Made by a program: the position numbers and the translations under genes. Positions 57,784 through 64,000 of a stretch of 64,000 nucleotides of DNA are shown one piece after another. How positions within the stretch are numbered: the stretch's first letter is position 1; every line of letters starts with the position of its first letter. The DNA lies in contig JAPDFW010000087.1 in NCBI GenBank assembly GCA_028826165.1, positions 1 through 64,000 on the forward strand, written 5' to 3'. The notes beneath the pieces were generated by a model. It searched no databases. It had not been told where the DNA came from and saw nothing but the letters and a program-made list of their open reading frames with translations. The DNA is from Anaeramoeba ignava BMAN. Taxonomy: Eukaryota > Protista > Anaeramoebae.

Positions 57784-60620
57784 TTAAAGGAGATTTAAAA
57801 GAATCAAACAAATCCTAAATAAATTAAATCAATTAAATTAATAAATAAAATCAATTAATTAAATCAAATTAAATTAAATTAAAATAATTAAAATAATTAA
57901 ATCAATCAAATCAATTAAATTAAATCAATAATTAAATCAATAATTAAATCAATAAATTAAATTAAATTAAATCAAATTAAATCAATAAATAAATCAATAA
58001 AATTAAATTAATTAAATTAAATTAATTAAATCAATTAATTAAAATTAAATCAATTAAATTAATTAAATCAAATAATTAAATCAATTAAATATTTAAATCA
58101 AATTAAATCAATAAATTCAATAAATTAAATCATAAATTAAATTAAATTAAATTAAACTCAAATTAAATCAAATTAAATCAAATCAATTAAATCAATCAAA
58201 TATTTAAATCAATCAAATTAAATCAATAAATAAAATTAATTAAATTAAATTAAATCAATTAAATAAATCAATTAAATCAATAAATAAATCAATAAATTAA
58301 ATTAATCAAATTAATTAAATTAATTAAATCAAATTAAATTAATTAAATCAATTAATTAAAATTAAATCAAATTAAATCAAATTAAATCAATAATTAAATC
58401 AATCAAATATTTAAATCAAATTAAATTAATTAAATTAAATTAAATCAATTAAATAAATCAATTAAATCAATAAATAAAATATTTGGGATAAAGTTTAAGA
58501 ATAAAAGAATAATTACATGAAAAATGATAAAATTGGTGAAATTAAACTTCCAGCATTAATTTTACTTAAATCCAAATCAATAACAACTGGGTAATGATCA
58601 CTATTATAATTAATAAAAGGATAAGAAAGATTAGGGGAATGATAAATAAAAGCATTTTCAACACAATTCAACAAATTTTGAGTGAATAAAATATGATCAA
58701 TTTGAGTATCTTCACCAGGAAAATCATTCACATCATTTGAGTTTTTATCCCACCAAGCTGAATATCTCATATCTTGTGACATTTTTGTTGCGGTGTTTAT
58801 CAACTTGTTGTTACTTCCATATTGTCCTTCCCTAAGAAATCGAAGTACTCTTGATGTTGGTTGATCATTATTAATATCTGGAACTGCATCTGAATAATCC
58901 TATTTTCCCAAAATGTAAATATTTTGCAATTTGAATTTTGATTTTGATTTTTATTTTATTTTGATTTTAAATTTGAATTTTGATTTTGATTTTGAATTTA
59001 AATTTGAATTTTGATTTTGATTTTGAATTTGAATTTGAATTTGATTTTGAATTTGATTTTGATTTTGATTTTGATTTTGAATTTGAATTTGAATTGAAAA
59101 CTACATTTAAATCACCCATAAGCATAATTTCTCTTCCTTTTGCAAATCCTTCAGTTTCAGCTAAATTACGAAGAACTAATGCTTGAGCTTCTCTCAATGC
59201 ACCTAAAATTCAAATTCAAATTAAAATTCAAATTAAAATTCAAATTAAAATTATTAAAATTATTATTTGATTTTAAGTTGAAAATTAATATACAAGGTTC
59301 AGCTGTTGTTGGAAATGCTCTCAAATGAGCAGCAACAAAAAGTATTTCCTTTCCTCCAACATTAAATAATGCGTATTGATTTTTTGAAACTCCATAATCA
59401 CTTCCAGTACCAGTATATCCACATTGTGAATCATTAACTGGATACCAAACTCGATAATCAGTTCTTAATAGAGCATCTGTTACACTTGAACTTTTATTAA
59501 TTAATTTGAATTTTAATTTTGATTTTAATTTTGATTTTGATTTTGATTTTGATTTTCATTTTGATTTTGAATTTAAATTTGAATTTTGATTTTGATTTTG
59601 ATTTTGATTTTGAATTTGAATTTGAATTTGAATTTGATTTTGATTTTTATTTTGATTTTGATTTTGATTTTGAATTTGATTTTGATTTTGATTTTGAATT
59701 TAAATTTGAATTTGATTTTGAATTTGATTTTGATTTTGAATTTAAATTTGAATTTTAAATTTGATTTTGATTTTGATTTTGAATTTAAATTTGATTTTGA
59801 AATTAATATAAAAAGTACTTAAAAGGAACAGGATCAACTCTAGTTAAAAGTGCAGTTTGTTGTTTTGTGGAATAATCTTTTCCTTTAACTAAATAATAAT
59901 TATAACCAAATCCAGCAGGAAGTAAATCAATAATTCTAGATAAAATTGAGCAATCTTCTACTTCATAAAGTGACAGAAAATCACAATTAATTTGTTCAAT
60001 AACTTTCGTTACATTTTGAAGATGATAAGTAGCAACTGTTGCATTATCCCAAGGCGAACCAGTTGACGAATCATTAATTCCATCACTTTTTAATTTTAAT
60101 TTTAATTTTAATTTTAATTTTGATTTTAATATTAATTTTTGATTTAAATTTTAATTTTATTTTTAAATTTAATTTTAATTTTAATTTTAATTTGAATTTT
60201 AATTTTGATTTTAATTTTGATTTTAATTTTAATTTTAATTTTAATTTTAATTTTAATTTTAATTTTAATTTTAATTTTAATTTTAATTTTAATTTCAATT
60301 TAAATTTTGATTTTAATTTGAATTTTAATTTTGATTTTAATTATTTTAATTTTAATTTAAATTTTAATTTTAATTTTAATTTTGATTTTAATTTTAATTT
60401 TAATTTTAATTTTAATTATAATTTTAATTTTAATTTTAATTTTAATTTTGATTTTGATTTAAAATTTTTACAATAGAAATTTAACATTAAAAGAGCAAAC
60501 TCGAAATTTTGTTTTATCTGCTCTTCTGTCTCCTTGTTCGTTAAGTGTGTTACAATCAAAAGTTTGTGGTCTAACGGAAAAAAGAAATGTCAAAAAAACA
60601 ATAACAACAATCAATTTCAT
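57784..60620 (-). CDS. Secreted, probably GPI-anchored endonuclease/exonuclease/phosphatase (EEP) family protein; 6 exons
   Basis: Signal peptide MKLIVVIVFLTFLFSVRP; motifs SFNV, LYEVE, AAHLRA, MGDLN|D, QIDHIL, SDHYPV. A terminal exon 57814-57784 completes NAGSLISPILSFFMICLILLNLL*. Confidence 0.85.
57815..58516 (-). repeat. Last EEP intron filled with irregular (TTGATTTAA/TTTAA) repeats
   Basis: Minus-strand GTAATT at 58516, TAG ending 57815. Confidence 0.8.
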
Positions 60621-60749
60621 TTTTAATTTATTTGAAAAAAAGAAAAATGGAAAAATGAAAAAATTTTTTTTGTTTTTTTAAAAATTATTCATCAAAAAAA
60701 CATTTGTAGATCAAAATTAAAATATGGCAAAAACACTTAAAATTCTTTT

Positions 60750-62855
60750 TAGATTAAATTAAATCTAAATACATTCAAATTGATTAATTAATTAGATTAA
60801 AATATTTATTGATCAAATAATATATTCAATTTATAAATATTTTAATAAAAAAATATTAAAATTTAATATTATATTTAATATTAATTTATTATTAAATTAA
60901 TTATAAATAATTAGATTAAATTAAATCTAAATTAATTCAAATTGATTAATTAATTAGATTAAAATATTTATTGATTAAATAATATATTCAATTTATAAAT
61001 ATTTTAATAAAAAAATATTAATATTATATTTTTAAATTTTAATTTTAATTAAATTATAAATAATTAGATTAAATTAAATATAAATTAACCCAAATTGAAT
61101 AATTAATTAGATTAAAATATTTATTGATTAAATAATATATTCAATTTATAAATATTTTAATAAAAAAATATTAAAATTTAATTATTATATTTAATATTAA
61201 TTTATTATTAAATTAATTATAAATAATTAGATTAAATTAAATCTAAATTAACCTCAAATTGATTAATTAATTAGATTAAAATATTTATTGATCAAATAAT
61301 ATATTCAATTTATAAATATTTTAATAAAAAAATATTAATATTTAATATTATATTTAATATTAATTTATCATTAAATTAATTATAAATAATTAGATTAAAT
61401 TAAATCTAAATTAAACTCAAATTGATTAATTAATTAGATTAAAATATTTATTGATTAAATAATATATTCAATTTATAAATATTTTAATAAAAAAATATTA
61501 ATATTTAATATTATAAATATTTTAAATTAATAATTATTAAATTAAATTTAACTCAAATTGAATAATTAATTAGATTAAAATATTTATTGATCAAATAATA
61601 TATTCAATTTATAAATATTTTAATAAAAAAATATTAAAATTTAATATTATATTTAATATTAATTTATTATTAAATCAATTATAAATAATTAGATTAAATT
61701 AAATATAAATTGATTCAAATTAAAATATTTATTGATTAAATAATATATTCAATTTATAAATATTTTAATAAAAAATATTAATATTTAATATTATATTGAA
61801 TATTAATTTATTATTAAATTAATTGTAAATAATTAGATTAAATTAAATATAAATTAATTCAATAAATAATTAGATTAAAAATATTTATTGATTAAATAAT
61901 ATATTCAATTTATAAATATTTTAATAAAAAAAATATTAATATTTAATATTGTAAATAATTAGATTAAATTAAATTTTTCAAATTTTTTCATTAAAATATT
62001 TTTATCAAATAATATATTCAATTTATAAATATTTTTAATAAAAAAATTAAAATAAAATATATTGAATATTAATTTATCATTAAATTAATTGTAAATAATT
62101 AGATTAAATTTCAAATCTTTTCAAATTAAAAATTAGATTAAAATATGGCAAACAATATTTATATAAAGATTTTAATAAAAATATTTATCACATTTAATAT
62201 TTATATTGAAACCAATAGAAATTATAAACAAAACAATAAATTGGGATGGAACAAACGATTAATTAATTAGATTAAAATATTTATTTATCAAATAATATAT
62301 TCAATTTATAAATATTTTAATAAAAAATATTAAAATTTAATATTATATTTAATATTAATTTATTATTAAATTAATTGTAAATAATTAGATTAAATTAAAT
62401 ATAAATTAACTCAAATTGATTAATTAATTAGATTAAAATATTTATTGATTAAATAATATATTCAAGTTATAAATATTTTAATAAAAATATTAATATTTGT
62501 TTAATATTAATTTAATAAATCAATTATAAATAATTATATTAAATTAAAAATAATTCAAATTGATTAATTAATTAGATTAAAATATTTATTGATCAAATAT
62601 ATTCAATTTATAAATATTTTAATAAAAATATTAAAATTTAATATTATATTTAATATTAATTTATTATTAAATCAATTGTAAATAATTATATTAAATTAAA
62701 CTCAAATTGATTAATTAATTAGATTAAAAAAATATTCAATTTATAAATATTTTAATAAAAAATATTAAAATTTAATATTATATTCAATTTAATTTATTAT
62801 TATTAAATTAAAAATTCAAAACTTTTGAATTAAATTAAATATAAATTGATTAATT
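60750..62855. repeat. Intergenic minisatellite/satellite, ~160-bp unit, about 13 copies
   Basis: Marker aatatattcaatttataaat recurs at about 60819, 60981, 61134, 61298, 61461, 61597, 61742, 61898, 62011, 62294, 62455, with degenerate copies near 62596 and 62731. Confidence 0.9.
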
Positions 62856-62943
62856 GAAAAAAAAAGAAAGAAAAAAAGAAAAAAAAAACAATTTTTATTT
62901 TTTCATTTTTTTTTTTCACTTCTTTTTTAAAAAAGAAAAAAAA

Positions 62944-63513
62944 ATGAATAAAATAATTTTAATCACAATTTTCTTAATTGAAATTTCAAGTATTTTCACA
63001 TTAAAAACGACACCAATATGGCCAACAACATTTATAGCAGATTTCCACACAATTTATCACACTGAACCAATAGAAACAAGAACAAAACAATATTGGGATG
63101 GAACAAACGAGAAAATTCGAGATGACATTCATAAAACAGATACTTTAACAGAAACATTACTATTATTATTTGGGGAACATAAAGCATGTGAAATTCTGAA
63201 TCATACTACAAATGCTGTTTGTGGTTGTTCTGTTGATAACGGAACAATGCCTCATCCTACTTTTGATGAATGGGATTTTGTTAATAAAACAACTTATCTT
63301 CAAAAATCAGTTTTTTTGTACCAAATTCAAACTCAAACTGGTCATTCTTATATGTATTGGTGGGATGTTAATAATGCTCCTTATACTATCGCTAGAATGT
63401 GGAATTCTGCAGTAGATATTATTTATGATTCTGTTCAAATTGTTGAGCAAATTGATCCTTCTGTTTTTGTTCCACCTTCAATTTGTTCTGAAAAAAAGTT
63501 TCAAAACTTTTGA
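62944..63513 (+). CDS. Ependymin-related (EPDR, LolA-like fold) secreted protein
   Basis: Signal peptide MNKIILITIFLIEISSIFT, PIWPTTF, YWDGTNEKIRDD, and C-terminal IDPSVFVPPSIC matching the ependymin DPSVFxPPxxC signature. Confidence 0.75.
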   Translation: MNKIILITIFLIEISSIFTLKTTPIWPTTFIADFHTIYHTEPIETRTKQYWDGTNEKIRDDIHKTDTLTETLLLLFGEHKACEILNHTTNAVCGCSVDNGTMPHPTFDEWDFVNKTTYLQKSVFLYQIQTQTGHSYMYWWDVNNAPYTIARMWNSAVDIIYDSVQIVEQIDPSVFVPPSICSEKKFQNF

Positions 63514-64000
63514 ATTAAAAATTCATAATTAAATTTTTATCCGATTTTCAATTCAAATTTATAATTAAATTCATAATTAAATTCAATTCAAATTTATAAT
63601 TAAATTTATAATTAAGTTTATAATTAAATTTATAATTAAATTTATAATTAAATTTATAATTAAATTTATAATTAAATTCAATTTAAATTTATAATTAAAT
63701 TTATAATCAAATTCATAATTAAATTCAATTCAAATTCATAATTAAATTCATAATTAAATTCATAATTAAATTCATAATTAAATTTATAATTACATTTATA
63801 ATTAAATTTTTATCCTATTTTCAATTCAAATTCATAATTAAATTTATAATTAAATTCAATTCAAATTCATAATTAAATTTATAATTAAATTTATAATTAA
63901 ATTTATAATTAAATTCAATTTAAATTTATAATTAAATTTATAATTAAATTTATAATTAAATTCATAATTAAATTTATAATTAAATTTATAATTAAATTTA
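63514..64000. repeat. 12-bp (TTTATAATTAAA/TTCATAATTAAA) satellite running off the window end
   Basis: Visible tandem units; same unit family as intron 56176-57171. Confidence 0.85.

Noticed and set aside
14467-60476. Many low-complexity ORFs (poly-IL, FDFD, KMKI, INLI, NFNF; e.g. 26132-26911, 56452-57225, 60120-60476)
   Set aside because: They are alternative-frame or antisense readings of microsatellites and NQ/NE tracts
60750-62855. CRISPR-like or other repeat-spacer array
   Set aside because: Units are contiguous tandem copies without unique spacers, there are no cas genes, and the context is eukaryotic

Overview
Very AT-rich, gene-dense eukaryotic (protist) genomic DNA using the standard code and GT-AG spliceosomal introns. 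The pervasive N-Q/N-E low-complexity tracts and RCC1-BTB family expansion resemble an anaerobic amoeba such as Anaeramoeba (inference only). Manual splicing resolves the fragmented ORF track into about 14 genes plus two broken RCC1-BTB copies: an FN3 surface protein, two LisH-RasGEFs, a UBL-PNGase, UFD2/UBE4, a RhoBTB-like pseudo-GTPase, two intact RCC1-BTB paralogs, a Reb1/DMTF1-like Myb, importin-9, a talin-head/RhoGAP/SH3 protein, a GPI-type EEP nuclease/phosphatase, an ependymin-related protein, and two unusual genes. The main finding is that three minus-strand ORFs (32563-40868) splice in frame into one ~2650-aa protein: pseudokinase-ankyrin-FN3-filamin x2-pseudokinase-degenerate ART-FN3 x2-filamin x2-TKL kinase-PARP-type ART with an intact H-Y-E triad. 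Directly upstream lies an unrecognised protein built from exact 27-aa proline-punctuated amphipathic repeats. Most long satellite tracts are introns, each with its own AG-poor repeat unit (up to 7.7 kb). Several homopolymer frameshifts and noisy repeats indicate assembly error. No RNA genes, transposases, inteins or CRISPR arrays were recognised.
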